From NCBI GenBank assembly GCA_019358895.1, contig JAHHIG010000010.1, positions 27,510 to 91,509 of the forward strand: 64,000 nucleotides of DNA, read 5' to 3'. Position 1 is the first letter of the stretch. Each line of letters starts with the position of its first letter. This document shows, one piece after another, positions 29,906 to 39,642 of the stretch. Below the pieces are notes generated by a model that saw only the letters and a program-made list of their open reading frames with translations, had not been told where the DNA came from and did not search any database. This DNA is from Tildeniella nuda ZEHNDER 1965/U140. Its GTDB lineage: Bacteria > Cyanobacteriota > Cyanobacteriia > Leptolyngbyales > Leptolyngbyaceae. Made by a program: the position numbers and the translations under genes.

Positions 29906-30865
29906 TCAAGCGGTTGCCGTCGCTTGATAAGTTTGGTGATACATTGCCATAATGTGTTCTCCAGCGGTAAGCGGCGCATACTTGGGCAGATTTTCTGCTC
30001 CGTAGCAGGTGGGTAGACAATCCACCAGTGCATGATAGTTTGGGTCAAAAAAGAAGGGGATGGAATAGCGCTCTTTGCCTGATCGGTTCAGGACTCGGTG
30101 CGGCGTAGACTGATAATAATCGTTCGTCCAACGTGCCATCATATCGCCCAGATTGATCACAAACGTGCCTGGAATGGGATCAGCATGAATCCAACCGCCA
30201 TCAGCATTGCAGACTTCTAACCCGCCCGCATTGTCTTGCAGCAGGATTGTAATGCATCCCCAATCGGTATGTGCGCCACAGCCAAGTTGGTTTGCCATTG
30301 CATCAATCGGGTGTGGTGGATAGTGCAGCAGGCGCAAGATGGACATGGGGTTGTCAATCATGACATCGAAGTAGTGTTCATCGAGATCCAGCGACAGTGC
30401 CAGTGCCGCCATCAGTTGAGCAGAGAGCGTTTGCATCATGTCGAAGTATGCTTCAAAATGCGCCTGCCATCCTGGTAAATTTGTCGCCCATTGATTCGCG
30501 CCATGATTCGGTATTCCAGCCAGCACTAGCGGGTCGTCGGCTTTCCGCTCGACCCCGATGTAGTACCCTTCTTTCAAATCAGGCGTTTGATCGAGCGCCT
30601 GTTGCCCGATCGCTTCGTAGCCTCGTGAAATCGAAGATTGCGTGATGGAAACCGCGTTTTTCAGCGCTAACGGTTGGTCAAAAAAGCGTTTTGTCTGAGC
30701 GAAGGTTGCCGCGATCGTGTCCTCCGAAACACCATGATTCGCAATGTAAAAGAAACCAACCTCGTGGCTGGCTTGGCGAATATCGGCGGCTACAGCTTGG
30801 CGAGCGCGTAATGAGTGCGATCTCAAACCACCGATATCGATCACGGGAATCTGCGAAAACGTCAC
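29906..30865 (-). CDS. 2-oxoglutarate/Fe(II) dioxygenase, isopenicillin N synthase family
   Basis: HEVGFFYIANHG, HTD...H facial triad (STPHRV), RYSIPFF. Confidence 0.92.
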   Translation of the reverse strand: MTFSQIPVIDIGGLRSHSLRARQAVAADIRQASHEVGFFYIANHGVSEDTIAATFAQTKRFFDQPLALKNAVSITQSSISRGYEAIGQQALDQTPDLKEGYYIGVERKADDPLVLAGIPNHGANQWATNLPGWQAHFEAYFDMMQTLSAQLMAALALSLDLDEHYFDVMIDNPMSILRLLHYPPHPIDAMANQLGCGAHTDWGCITILLQDNAGGLEVCNADGGWIHADPIPGTFVINLGDMMARWTNDYYQSTPHRVLNRSGKERYSIPFFFDPNYHALVDCLPTCYGAENLPKYAPLTAGEHIMAMYHQTYQATATA

Positions 30866-30989
30866 GGTCGATCGCCTCCTATATCAGTGCAGCTCCAGAT
30901 TGTGGCATCCTGTCTAAACAATATGCCGAGTGAACAGACTGCAAGACCTACCAGAACTCAAGCAAGTACAGAAAGCAGCTTGCAAAATT

Positions 30990-31555
30990 TTACAGCAAGG
31001 TTTTCAGTAGAGATCGAAGTTGTCCGGGTGCATTGATAGTAATAACTCGACTTCCGAACCGTTGCCATAGCAATGCTTCGACTAATGTAGCTTTTCGCTT
31101 TCTGCCTAAGTTAGTTCCCCAAATAGCTAGGTCTGGATCACCCTGAGCTTTCCAACGGTTGAATACGTCTTCAAGATGAGAATCAGACTCCAATTTTTGT
31201 AGTCGTTTCGATTTATCATCTGCACTCTCTAGGTCGGCTGAAAGATAAACACCTAGCTTAATCAGCGCGTCGCCTGCCTGCGCTTCAACGTTTATCTCTC
31301 CCCATTGAATTAAGAATCTGTATGCTCGTTATGCACTTGATCAAGGGCAGCCTGTGCCGCTGCAATGTCAGCATCAGATTTACGTTGCGCTTCACCAATG
31401 CCCTGAACTGTGCGACCATCAGGGAACTTGACTGTCACAGTTGAACGGTGGAGATTAGGAAAAGATATAAGCGTAGATTGAAAGACAGCACAATCCTCAC
31501 AGCATCCAAGATCTTTGAGTAATTCTAGAAGTTGGTTCTTTGCATTTTCACTCAT
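30990..31555 (-). pseudogene. Frameshifted gene: N-terminal dsRNA-binding domain plus C-terminal Mini-III/RNase III-like domain
   Basis: 31555-31310 encodes KNQLLE...G..QRKSDADIAAAQAAL (dsRBD). A -1 shift near 31313 continues as LIQWGEINVEAQAGDALIKLG...KRKATLVEALL to the stop at 30990. Confidence 0.7.
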
Positions 31556-31662
31556 ACATGCCTCTGAGCTATTGGGAGAGTATGCTCTTCTGACTCTTCA
31601 ATAGAACACGATAGCCAAGCTCATACCGAGTCCACAAGTTTACAGTACACTCGTCCCTCGCT

Positions 31663-31810
31663 ATAGATTGAGTTGAATTTACAGAACCCAACATCTACAG
31701 ACATTCAAACGCTGAGTGAATTGGATAAATAAGGGCAAAACCAGCCAGTTAGATCATTGTTCTTTAGGGAGTTGGGAATGTTGGGCTTCCTGTCGTCAAC
31801 CCGATCGACG
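31663..31810. repeat. Degenerate REP-like doublet (...AACCCAACAT / ATGTTGGG...CAACCC)
   Basis: Similar to the better-preserved element at 61974-62071. Confidence 0.5.
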
Positions 31811-31861
31811 CTGTTAGGTGTTTGTGCAATCTTGGTGCGCTTAAGAATATCTAGCGACAGC

Positions 31862-32092
31862 ACATGCAAATGTAATGGCAATATGTCCGGAGGTTAGGAC
31901 AGGACATGCAAATGTAATGGCAACATGTCCGGAGGTAACCACGACAGGTTCTGTGGTTACTACAACAAGTCTTGTGGTTACTACAATAAGTTCGGAGGTT
32001 ACTACAGCAAGTTCGGAAGTAACTACAGCAAGTCTTGTGGTTACTACAGCAAATCTGGAAGTAAGGACAACACCTTCTATCGTTAGAGCGGT
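31862..32092. repeat. 21-bp tandem repeat array, about 11 units, beginning with a 42-bp duplication
   Basis: Units such as aagtcttgtggttactacagc and aagttcggaggttactacagc; open frames on both strands (31875-32135 +, 31841-32233 -). Confidence 0.85.
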
Positions 32093-32340
32093 TGAGACAG
32101 TTCTTGCGATCGCCCCTGTAATGCTGAACTTATAGCCTGAAGAACTAAAAAGTTCACAGCGATGGTGCGCAAATGGGTTATCGTGCTGCCGCAATCCCAC
32201 CTGGCTACTGCTGTTGCGGTGGTCACCACACATACTGTTCTGTGGTCTACTGTGTTCGATCGACTACTGTTTTAGTCGCTACTTTCTTCTAAAGTCAAGT
32301 TCCAACACTAGGTCGAGTCAAGCCTAAATCTATAGTTCTC

Positions 32341-33354
32341 ATGCTAATTACTCAACAGCCTGTCCTCAAGCGCTTCTGGTATCCCGTGATGCCGATCGCC
32401 TCCCTCCAGGATGCTCCCCAGGCATTCACATTGCTGGGACAACCGTTAGTGCTGTGGCTAGATGGAGACGGCAAGCCAGTGGCAACAGCCGATCGCTGCT
32501 GCCATCGATCGGCGCAACTCTCGAAGGGACAGGTGATCGACGGTAACATCCGCTGTCCGTATCACGGGTGGTCATTTGATGGCAGTGGTGCCTGCGTTAA
32601 AGTGCCCCAACTTACCAGCGACAACATTCCCCGCACGTATAAAGTTAGTGGGTATCGTTGCCAGGAACGCTACGGCTACGTATGGGTCTGCATGGGTGAG
32701 CCACTCAACGACATTCCCACGATTCCCGAAGCCGACGAGACGGGCTTTCGTCAGATTCACGAGTTCTACGAAACCTGGCACGCCAGCGGACTGCGGATCA
32801 TGGAAAACTCGTTTGACAGCGCTCACGGTAACTTTGTTCATGCGAGTTCTTGGGGAGACATGAGCAATCCAGTGCCGCCGCCGATCGACGAAATTGCCGA
32901 TACCGCAACAGGCTTTGTGATGAAGCATTGGGTGGAAGTGCTCAATCCCGACCTGCAAAAACAAAACTTGGGCATTCAAAACGAGAAAACCATCCGCACG
33001 AACGAGCGTCGCTGGTTTATGCCCTTTGCTCGCACACTCAAAATTCAATACCCTAACGGTTTGATTCACCTCATCTTTTCTGCCGCTACGCCGATCGATG
33101 ACAAAACCTCTCAACTGATTCAATTCTGCTTTCGTAACGACACTGAAGCGGATGCGAAGGCGGCAGATATTATTGCCTTCGATCGCACCGTTACGCAAGA
33201 AGACCGCGAAATCCTGGAAACCACTGATTACGATGCGCCGCTCGACATCCGCGAAGAGCAACACATGGCATCCGATAAACCTGGTATTCTAATGCGGCAT
33301 AAGCTCGCTGCCCTGCTGAAAGCGCATGGAGAAGTTGAGCGTCGCCAGGATTAA
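32341..33354 (+). CDS. Rieske non-heme iron oxygenase (VanA/KshA-like alpha subunit)
   Basis: DRCCHR...CPYHGWSFD Rieske motif; MENSFDSAHGNFVH mononuclear Fe motif. Confidence 0.92.
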   Translation: MLITQQPVLKRFWYPVMPIASLQDAPQAFTLLGQPLVLWLDGDGKPVATADRCCHRSAQLSKGQVIDGNIRCPYHGWSFDGSGACVKVPQLTSDNIPRTYKVSGYRCQERYGYVWVCMGEPLNDIPTIPEADETGFRQIHEFYETWHASGLRIMENSFDSAHGNFVHASSWGDMSNPVPPPIDEIADTATGFVMKHWVEVLNPDLQKQNLGIQNEKTIRTNERRWFMPFARTLKIQYPNGLIHLIFSAATPIDDKTSQLIQFCFRNDTEADAKAADIIAFDRTVTQEDREILETTDYDAPLDIREEQHMASDKPGILMRHKLAALLKAHGEVERRQD

Positions 33355-33356
33355 TC

Positions 33357-34760
33357 GTGACTTATACCCTTCGTTCGGCTCTGATTCCCGTTGATGATGC
33401 CTACGCTACGGTTGATGTCCAAATTGTGGACGATCGCATTGCGGCGATCGGCTCCGATTTGCCAACAGTAGGAACGGCGATCGATGCTGAAAACAAGCTG
33501 TTGCTGCCCGGTTTTGTCAACGGACACGCCCACTCCGTTCAATTCTGGCAACGTGGACTCATTCCCCAACTGCCGCTAGAACTGTGGCTGGCAGATGTCT
33601 TTGATACCGCTCCAACCGAGCTGGAGCAGACCTATCTAGGCGCATTGGGCACTGCCATTGGCACTTTAATGTCGGGTGGCACCTGCGTGATGGATCACTT
33701 GTATGTGATTGCGGGTCACGAAGTGGAAAGCGTTGCGGCGGCTGCCCGTGCGTATAAAGAAGTCGGCATTCGCGCCTTCATTGCGCCGTTGATTCAAGAC
33801 ATGCCCTTTGTGGCTGGCTATCCCGAAGGGTTGAAAACACTGCCTCACAAGCCCTATCACCAGTCCACTGCCGCTATTCTGGCAATCATGGAGACGATCG
33901 TCACCGAACTCCATGAACCCGACGCAGGCATTCAGATTGCAGTGGGTCCTACTGGGTTCCATCGCTGCACCGATGCATTATTTGAGGGCTGTCGAGACTT
34001 GAGCGATCGCTACAATCTCTGTCGTCACATTCACCTGTTAGAAACGAAAGCACAGAAAATGTTGGCTCAAGAGCGCTATGGCGGTAGTGGCGTGAAACAC
34101 CTCCAGCAACTTGGTTTTCTCGATCACCGCACCTCTCTGGCGCACTCTATCTGGTTGGATGAACCTGATATGGCGATTCTGGCAGAAACCCAATCCACTG
34201 TTGTTCACAATGCCCTTAGCAATCTGCGCCTCGGCAGCGGCATTGCACCTGTGCTGAAGTACTTGCAAGCGGGAGTCAACGTCTCGTTTGGCTGCGATGG
34301 AGCCGCCAGTAACGACGGTCAAGATATGCTCGAGGCCATCAAAATTGGCTCCCTTTTGCATAACGTCACCGACCCAGACTATCAGCATTGGATTACACCC
34401 AGAAAGGCGATCAACATGGCAGCGATCGGCGGCTTCACTGGAGTCAATCTAGCAGACCAGGTTGGCTCTTTAACGGTTGGGAAGCAAGCCGACTTGGTAC
34501 TCTACGATCTCAAAAATCTGTCCCTGCTGCCTCGCACTGACCCTGTAAAGCTACTTGTTTTGGGCAGACCAACTGCCGCAGTCGATAGCGTCTGGGTGCG
34601 CGGTCAGCGAGTCGTTGCTGACGGCATCTTGCATACAGTGGATGCCAGTCACTTTACACAAACGGTCTTCGATTACAGTCAGGGATATAGCAAGCCCCAC
34701 TATCAGACGATCCATCAAGTCGAAGCTCATTATCGCCGAGTGATGGGTTTGACTGATTAA
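33357..34760 (+). CDS. Metal-dependent amidohydrolase (AtzA/SsnA/deaminase-like)
   Basis: PGFVNGHAH, HIHLLET, SLAHSIW, GCDGAASND; GTG start 2 bp after the Rieske gene. Confidence 0.9.
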   Translation: MTYTLRSALIPVDDAYATVDVQIVDDRIAAIGSDLPTVGTAIDAENKLLLPGFVNGHAHSVQFWQRGLIPQLPLELWLADVFDTAPTELEQTYLGALGTAIGTLMSGGTCVMDHLYVIAGHEVESVAAAARAYKEVGIRAFIAPLIQDMPFVAGYPEGLKTLPHKPYHQSTAAILAIMETIVTELHEPDAGIQIAVGPTGFHRCTDALFEGCRDLSDRYNLCRHIHLLETKAQKMLAQERYGGSGVKHLQQLGFLDHRTSLAHSIWLDEPDMAILAETQSTVVHNALSNLRLGSGIAPVLKYLQAGVNVSFGCDGAASNDGQDMLEAIKIGSLLHNVTDPDYQHWITPRKAINMAAIGGFTGVNLADQVGSLTVGKQADLVLYDLKNLSLLPRTDPVKLLVLGRPTAAVDSVWVRGQRVVADGILHTVDASHFTQTVFDYSQGYSKPHYQTIHQVEAHYRRVMGLTD

Positions 34761-34767
34761 CGGCTCT

Positions 34768-34914
34768 TATAGCAATTCTATCTGGTGTGTGATCAGTAAT
34801 CAGCGGTCAGCGGTCAGCGGTCAGTAACCAGCGGTCAGTAACCAGCGGTCAGCCGGATGAAAGCTGACCGCTAAAACCGATGCCTACATTTCATGAATGA
34901 TTTGGGGCTGCTAT
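34768..34914. mobile_element. TATAGC-ended MITE-like element carrying a CAGCGGT heptamer array
   Basis: tatagcaattcta...tcatgaatgatttggggctgctat; internal (cagcggt/cagtaac)n at about 34792-34855. Confidence 0.55.
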
Positions 34915-35062
34915 CTCTCCAGCCGTAAACACGAATATTGTTAAAACTCACCTTCTTATTGCTTTCGTGCCGCGATCGTGAAAGCGTTATTTCTCACTCC
35001 CGACCCCTCACTCCTTGCTATTGTCTTAAAAGAGACACACAGTTAAGACGATTTGAGACAGC

Positions 35063-36661
35063 ATGGGCATCGCGATCGACTTTGGGACTAGCAATACTGT
35101 CATTGCCCGCTGGAATCGGGCGACACAACAACCAGAAACGCTTGCTTTAACTGGCATGAGCGATCGCTCCAGTCAGAATCCACCGCTGATTCCCAGTTTG
35201 ATCTATGTCGAAGATGCCAGTCAGGGAATGGTGGTGGTTGGTCAGGCAGTGCGCGATCGTGCCCTTGATTTGTCCACTGACCCACGGTTCTTCCGTAACT
35301 TCAAGCGCGGTATTGGCTCTAGTGTGCAAGGTTTTTTGCCTGAGCTAGATGGACAGACCGTGCGCTTTGAACAAGTGGGGCAATGGTTCCTCACTCAGCT
35401 GGTGCAGCAGCTTAAGACCATGGAGCCGGAAGCCGGACAGTCGATCGTTTTTACCGTGCCTGTAGATAGCTTTGAGGCGTATCGTCTCTGGCTAGGACAG
35501 GTCTGTGAATCGCTGCAAGTAGAACACGTGCGAATGCTGGATGAACCGACCGCAGCGGCACTGGGTTATGGCTTGGCAGACCAGGAAATGCTTTTGGTGA
35601 TTGACTTTGGTGGCGGTACACTGGATCTCTCCTTAGTACGGCTCGACACTGCTCAGACACAGACGAAACCACTCGGCTTTATCCTCAAATGGGGACAAAA
35701 ATCGTTTGCAGAACAGTCGGGGCAGAAGCCAAAAATAGCCAGAGTGTTGGCGAAAGCAGGACAAAATCTGGGCGGTTCGGATATTGACAACTGGTTAGTG
35801 GACTACTTTGCTGAAACGCAAGCACTAGCCGTGACTCCGTTGACGACACGGCTGGCGGAGCGGTTAAAAATTCAGCTTTCGTTGCAAACGCAGGCGCAGG
35901 AGGTGTATTTTGACGACGAAACGTTTGAGAGTTACGAACTGCAACTGAGCCGTGACCAATTTGAGGACATTCTGAAGCAGCGCCAGTTTTTTGAGCGGTT
36001 GGATGCCTGTCTGTCTCAGGTGGTGCAGCAAGCCCGACGACAGGGGATGGAACTTGCCGACATTGATGCGGTACTTTTAGTCGGTGGCACCGCGCAGATT
36101 CCGGCAGTGCAAGCTTGGATACAACAATACGTTGAAGCGGGAAAGGTGCGCTGCGAAAAACCGTTTGAAGCGATCGCGCACGGTGCACTACAACTCAGTC
36201 AAGGCATCGATATCGAAGACTTTCTTTATCACGGCTATGGCATTCGCTACTGGGATCGCCGTCATAACGCCCATAATTGGCATCCGTTGATCAAGCCTGG
36301 ACAGGCATACCCGATGAGCAATCCAATAGAGCTGCTACTAGGTGCCTCGTTAGACAATCAGCCGAGCATTGAATTGGTGATCGGGGAATTGGGCATAGAA
36401 GCGAATCAGACAGAGGTTTATTTTGACGGCGATCGCCTGTTGACTCGGCGCGTTGACAGTAGCCAAATGCAGGTGCAACCGTTAAACGATCGCGACGATG
36501 CCCGCAAGATTGCTAAACTTGAGCCGCCAGGACAGCCAGGAAGCGATCGCGTAAAGGTGCTGTTTCGCGTCGACAACCAACGCTTTCTTCGTATTACGGT
36601 TGAAGACTTGCTGGCACTGCAAACGCTCATTGATGACCAACCCGTTGTGCAGTTGAGTTGA
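35063..36661 (+). CDS. Hsp70-family protein (non-canonical, cyanobacterial type)
   Basis: IDFGTSNT, DEPTAAALGY, IDFGGGTLD, LGGSDID, LVGGTAQIP. Confidence 0.9.
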   Translation: MGIAIDFGTSNTVIARWNRATQQPETLALTGMSDRSSQNPPLIPSLIYVEDASQGMVVVGQAVRDRALDLSTDPRFFRNFKRGIGSSVQGFLPELDGQTVRFEQVGQWFLTQLVQQLKTMEPEAGQSIVFTVPVDSFEAYRLWLGQVCESLQVEHVRMLDEPTAAALGYGLADQEMLLVIDFGGGTLDLSLVRLDTAQTQTKPLGFILKWGQKSFAEQSGQKPKIARVLAKAGQNLGGSDIDNWLVDYFAETQALAVTPLTTRLAERLKIQLSLQTQAQEVYFDDETFESYELQLSRDQFEDILKQRQFFERLDACLSQVVQQARRQGMELADIDAVLLVGGTAQIPAVQAWIQQYVEAGKVRCEKPFEAIAHGALQLSQGIDIEDFLYHGYGIRYWDRRHNAHNWHPLIKPGQAYPMSNPIELLLGASLDNQPSIELVIGELGIEANQTEVYFDGDRLLTRRVDSSQMQVQPLNDRDDARKIAKLEPPGQPGSDRVKVLFRVDNQRFLRITVEDLLALQTLIDDQPVVQLS

Positions 36662-36672
36662 AGTCAAACCAT

Positions 36673-38247
36673 CTAAACCGTAAAAGGGTCAAGCGCGTAA
36701 TCATCCCATTGCTTGTGAAACCGTTCTGCCACATACGGACGCACGACAAACGTTGGTGGTGTTCCTGCTTGCACATCAATCCGAATGAACGAATAGGGTC
36801 GTCGTCGATGCGATCCTTGCCCGCTACGTCCGACAAACAGCTTCGATCGTGCAACCAGCCGTTCTTCACCATCGCCCACTTGACCAAAAAATTCCTTTAC
36901 ATCGGGTCCTTCCTCGCGCTGTCGCCGCAAGCTGAAGCCACTGCCGCCGCAGACAATCCAATTGGTGTTCGCGTCAGCATGACCAGTCTCCAGGGTGCGT
37001 AAATACTCCAAGCAGTGAGCATGACCGTTGAGCACTAGGTCTACGATCGACCGACCTTTGGCACGATCGCCGACTGTTGCCGCTACAGCATCCAGCACTT
37101 GTCGCAGTCGATAGCGTACTGCCAGCGTTTGTGCCTGATGCCATTTGGTTGCCTCAGTGACATAGGGTGGGTGATGGAAAAAGAGTACCCGTCCCCTCAC
37201 AGCATCGGTGTTCCACGACTCTATAAGCTTTTGTTGGAGCCAATCTAGCTGGTGCAAATCTGTTTCTGTTGTTTCATTTGATTCCAGTTGTTTGATGATG
37301 TCTTTTTTAACTTCGGTTAATTGTTCTAGCTTGGCTTGCAGGTCATCCATCCGTTCCGCATCATCCGGTTCGTCCGGTTTGAGCTTCGCCAGCGTAATCA
37401 AAATTTCCTGCATCTGGTTATCCATATCCGATCGCTGGTGCTCTAGATGGCGACGGTACTTTTCTCCAGCGGGGTTATCTGGCAGGGGAATCGGTGCATT
37501 GATGGTGTTTGAATCCAGCGCAAAAAAGTCAATGCCGCCTGATCGAAACGTGTAGTAACGGTTTGGGAGACGGGTAAAGCGCCCTGGCTGGTAGCTCAGG
37601 CAGCGTCCCGTCTCAGTTTTAGCCGTATAGTGCTTGTCTAGATGTCGTTCTAGCTCAGCACCCGGCTTAAGAACCTTGAGGTAGTCAAGAAAGGCGCGGG
37701 CATATGCATTGCCTTGCACTGAGCCACGCCAGCTCACATCCAAATCGAGGCGAGACTGGAGCAATTGACGCAGCGGTAGCGTGAGCTGTGACAACATGCC
37801 GTAGAGAAGTGGCATGTCGTAGTAGTCGTGGTTGCCGAGGACGGGTAAAAAGGGCAGATTGAAGACCATGCGATCGTACGCAATGCGCTTAAAATCTTCG
37901 CCCCCTACCAAAAACTCTCGATATGGCTCAATAAAGTTGGGCGGATAGTAAGCGCTCGATCCAGTTAAGTAGATTACGTCGCCTGTATGCAACACAAAAC
38001 GGCACTCGTGTTGATGCTCCAGCATTTGTTCGGCAATGCGTCGCTGTGGGTTATGCCCTCGATGCGGTCCAGAGCCACTATCGCCCAGCACCAGAAAAGA
38101 GAACTCTGGGCTGTCTTCCCGTCCGTCGTCTAGCGCGAGGCGAGTCTGGTCAATGCCCCGCTGCACGATCGCAGGGTCATGCCAGCGTACGCGTTGATCC
38201 ATTTTGCGGATTTTGGTGGCGATCGGTGGGTCGAGCACAAATTCCAT
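36673..38247 (-). CDS. Calcineurin-like metallophosphoesterase with coiled-coil insertion
   Basis: LGDSG, HTGDVIY, LGNHDYY, FFHHPPY, LNGHAH. Confidence 0.88.
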   Translation of the reverse strand: MEFVLDPPIATKIRKMDQRVRWHDPAIVQRGIDQTRLALDDGREDSPEFSFLVLGDSGSGPHRGHNPQRRIAEQMLEHQHECRFVLHTGDVIYLTGSSAYYPPNFIEPYREFLVGGEDFKRIAYDRMVFNLPFLPVLGNHDYYDMPLLYGMLSQLTLPLRQLLQSRLDLDVSWRGSVQGNAYARAFLDYLKVLKPGAELERHLDKHYTAKTETGRCLSYQPGRFTRLPNRYYTFRSGGIDFFALDSNTINAPIPLPDNPAGEKYRRHLEHQRSDMDNQMQEILITLAKLKPDEPDDAERMDDLQAKLEQLTEVKKDIIKQLESNETTETDLHQLDWLQQKLIESWNTDAVRGRVLFFHHPPYVTEATKWHQAQTLAVRYRLRQVLDAVAATVGDRAKGRSIVDLVLNGHAHCLEYLRTLETGHADANTNWIVCGGSGFSLRRQREEGPDVKEFFGQVGDGEERLVARSKLFVGRSGQGSHRRRPYSFIRIDVQAGTPPTFVVRPYVAERFHKQWDDYALDPFTV

Positions 38248-38474
38248 CGCAGCTTTGCTCCCTGTTTCAGCGGTTAAGGCTATTGTTAGCGATCGCTCAT
38301 GTTGATTGTAACGACCAAGTTAACATCGCTTCAATCAGTAATCGGCTGAAATTCCAGCTAGGTCGCGGCGATCGAACTGGGGTTCTGTCCTCCTTCGCCA
38401 TTCCTCTATCTTCAGGCAGAGTCAAAGTATTGCCATTTCTTTTAACGTCATAGGTGCAAAGAGCTGATGACTCC

Positions 38475-38500
38475 AAAACCCCAGGGCAACCTGGGGCTTT
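38475..38500. terminator. Possible intrinsic terminator hairpin
   Basis: aaaaCCCCAGG-gcaa-CCTGGGGcttt. Confidence 0.4.
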
Positions 38501-38535
38501 CATACTTTAAACTGGCGTACATTAGAGCCTTAACA

Positions 38536-38667
38536 CTAAGGGCTGCCGTCGATTACGACTACACATTACTTGCAACCAGGGTTCCAGCCCCTAGCCTGGT
38601 GTGTTGGGACGGGCGCGACAATGCTGATACCGTAAGGTTTCGGAGCTAAATTGATGACGCGCCCTGG
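38536..38667. mobile_element. MITE-like element, family B, copy 2 (more diverged ends)
   Basis: Aligns end-to-end with 23251-23380; shared core gttccagcccctagcct...gggcgcga...atgctgatacc. Confidence 0.72.
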
Positions 38668-38736
38668 AAGCTGCGCACGAGAAGCATTCGTAGTTAGGCT
38701 TGTCTTCCAAAAACTTCAAGCTTCCACCTTTTTTAA

Positions 38737-39642
38737 TCAGACCTTTGATTCGTAGGTGATTTGATCAGAGGTGTAGCCAGGTGGCTCAAGGTGAATGAGG
38801 ATACGAGCCGGACCGAAGCGTTCTTCCAAGCGCTCTTCCACTTCTTCAGTAACCTGGTGAGCCGTTTCGACATCAGGTGCACCGACAATCAGATGCATTT
38901 CGATAAAGGTTTGACGACCAACCACGCCTCTAGACGCAATATCGTGGCAGTTCAACACACCCGGAACTTGCATAGCGATCGTGTGAATCGCTTCGGGAGC
39001 GATCGCCATCTCATCCACCAACGACGGCAAATTGTCCTTCAATACTGACCAACCGCTTGAAAAGACCAGCACGGCAACCGGAAATGCCAGCGCAACGTCT
39101 AGCCACTGCAACCCCCACGCCCAGATGCCGATCAAACCGCCCAAGACACTAATCGTGACCCAAATATCACTCATCGTATGTTTAGCATCAGCGATTAGAA
39201 TGGCACTCCCGATACGCATTCCCTCATGCCGCTCGTAAAAAGCAACGAAAATGTTGACTCCCAGCACAATGAGCAGTAGCCATAGTTCTTGAGGAGAGAT
39301 TTTAACTGGATCATGATGCGGAGTCATCAGATGCTCGATCGCGCCTTGCAAAATCTCAAAGCAGGCAATGCCTAGAAAAGCGGCAATGCCCAACGCGCCG
39401 ACAGCCTCAAATTTTTGGTGTCCATAGGGATGGTCACGATCGGGTTCTGGCGACGAAAAGCGGCTGGCGACCAAGCCTAAAACGTTGTTGGCGCTGTCGG
39501 TTACACTATGCAGCGCATCCGCTAGTAAGCTGAGTGACCCCGTAAGCCAGCCAACTCCAGCTTTTAGCACCATGACAAACAGGTTAAGCAGTAGAGTGAT
39601 CAGCAGCACTTTACGTACGCGCGATCGATTATCTATAGCCAC
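38737..39642 (-). CDS. Cation diffusion facilitator (CDF) transporter
   Basis: SLLADALHS, PDRDHPYGH, ADAKHTMSD, EMHLIV. Confidence 0.93.
   Translation of the reverse strand: MAIDNRSRVRKVLLITLLLNLFVMVLKAGVGWLTGSLSLLADALHSVTDSANNVLGLVASRFSSPEPDRDHPYGHQKFEAVGALGIAAFLGIACFEILQGAIEHLMTPHHDPVKISPQELWLLLIVLGVNIFVAFYERHEGMRIGSAILIADAKHTMSDIWVTISVLGGLIGIWAWGLQWLDVALAFPVAVLVFSSGWSVLKDNLPSLVDEMAIAPEAIHTIAMQVPGVLNCHDIASRGVVGRQTFIEMHLIVGAPDVETAHQVTEEVEERLEERFGPARILIHLEPPGYTSDQITYESKV

Noticed and set aside
31305-31335. Programmed ribosomal frameshift joining the dsRBD and RNase domains
   Set aside because: The required shift is -1, and I see no X XXY YYZ slippery heptamer. The TCTTAA resembles a +1 RF2-type site, which leads to the wrong frame.
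31862-32092. 21-bp array as a CRISPR array or RiPP precursor (Cys-rich CCSNHKT frame)
   Set aside because: No spacers. The Cys-rich minus frame has an upstream stop and no ATG start, and there are no modifying enzymes or leader peptide nearby.
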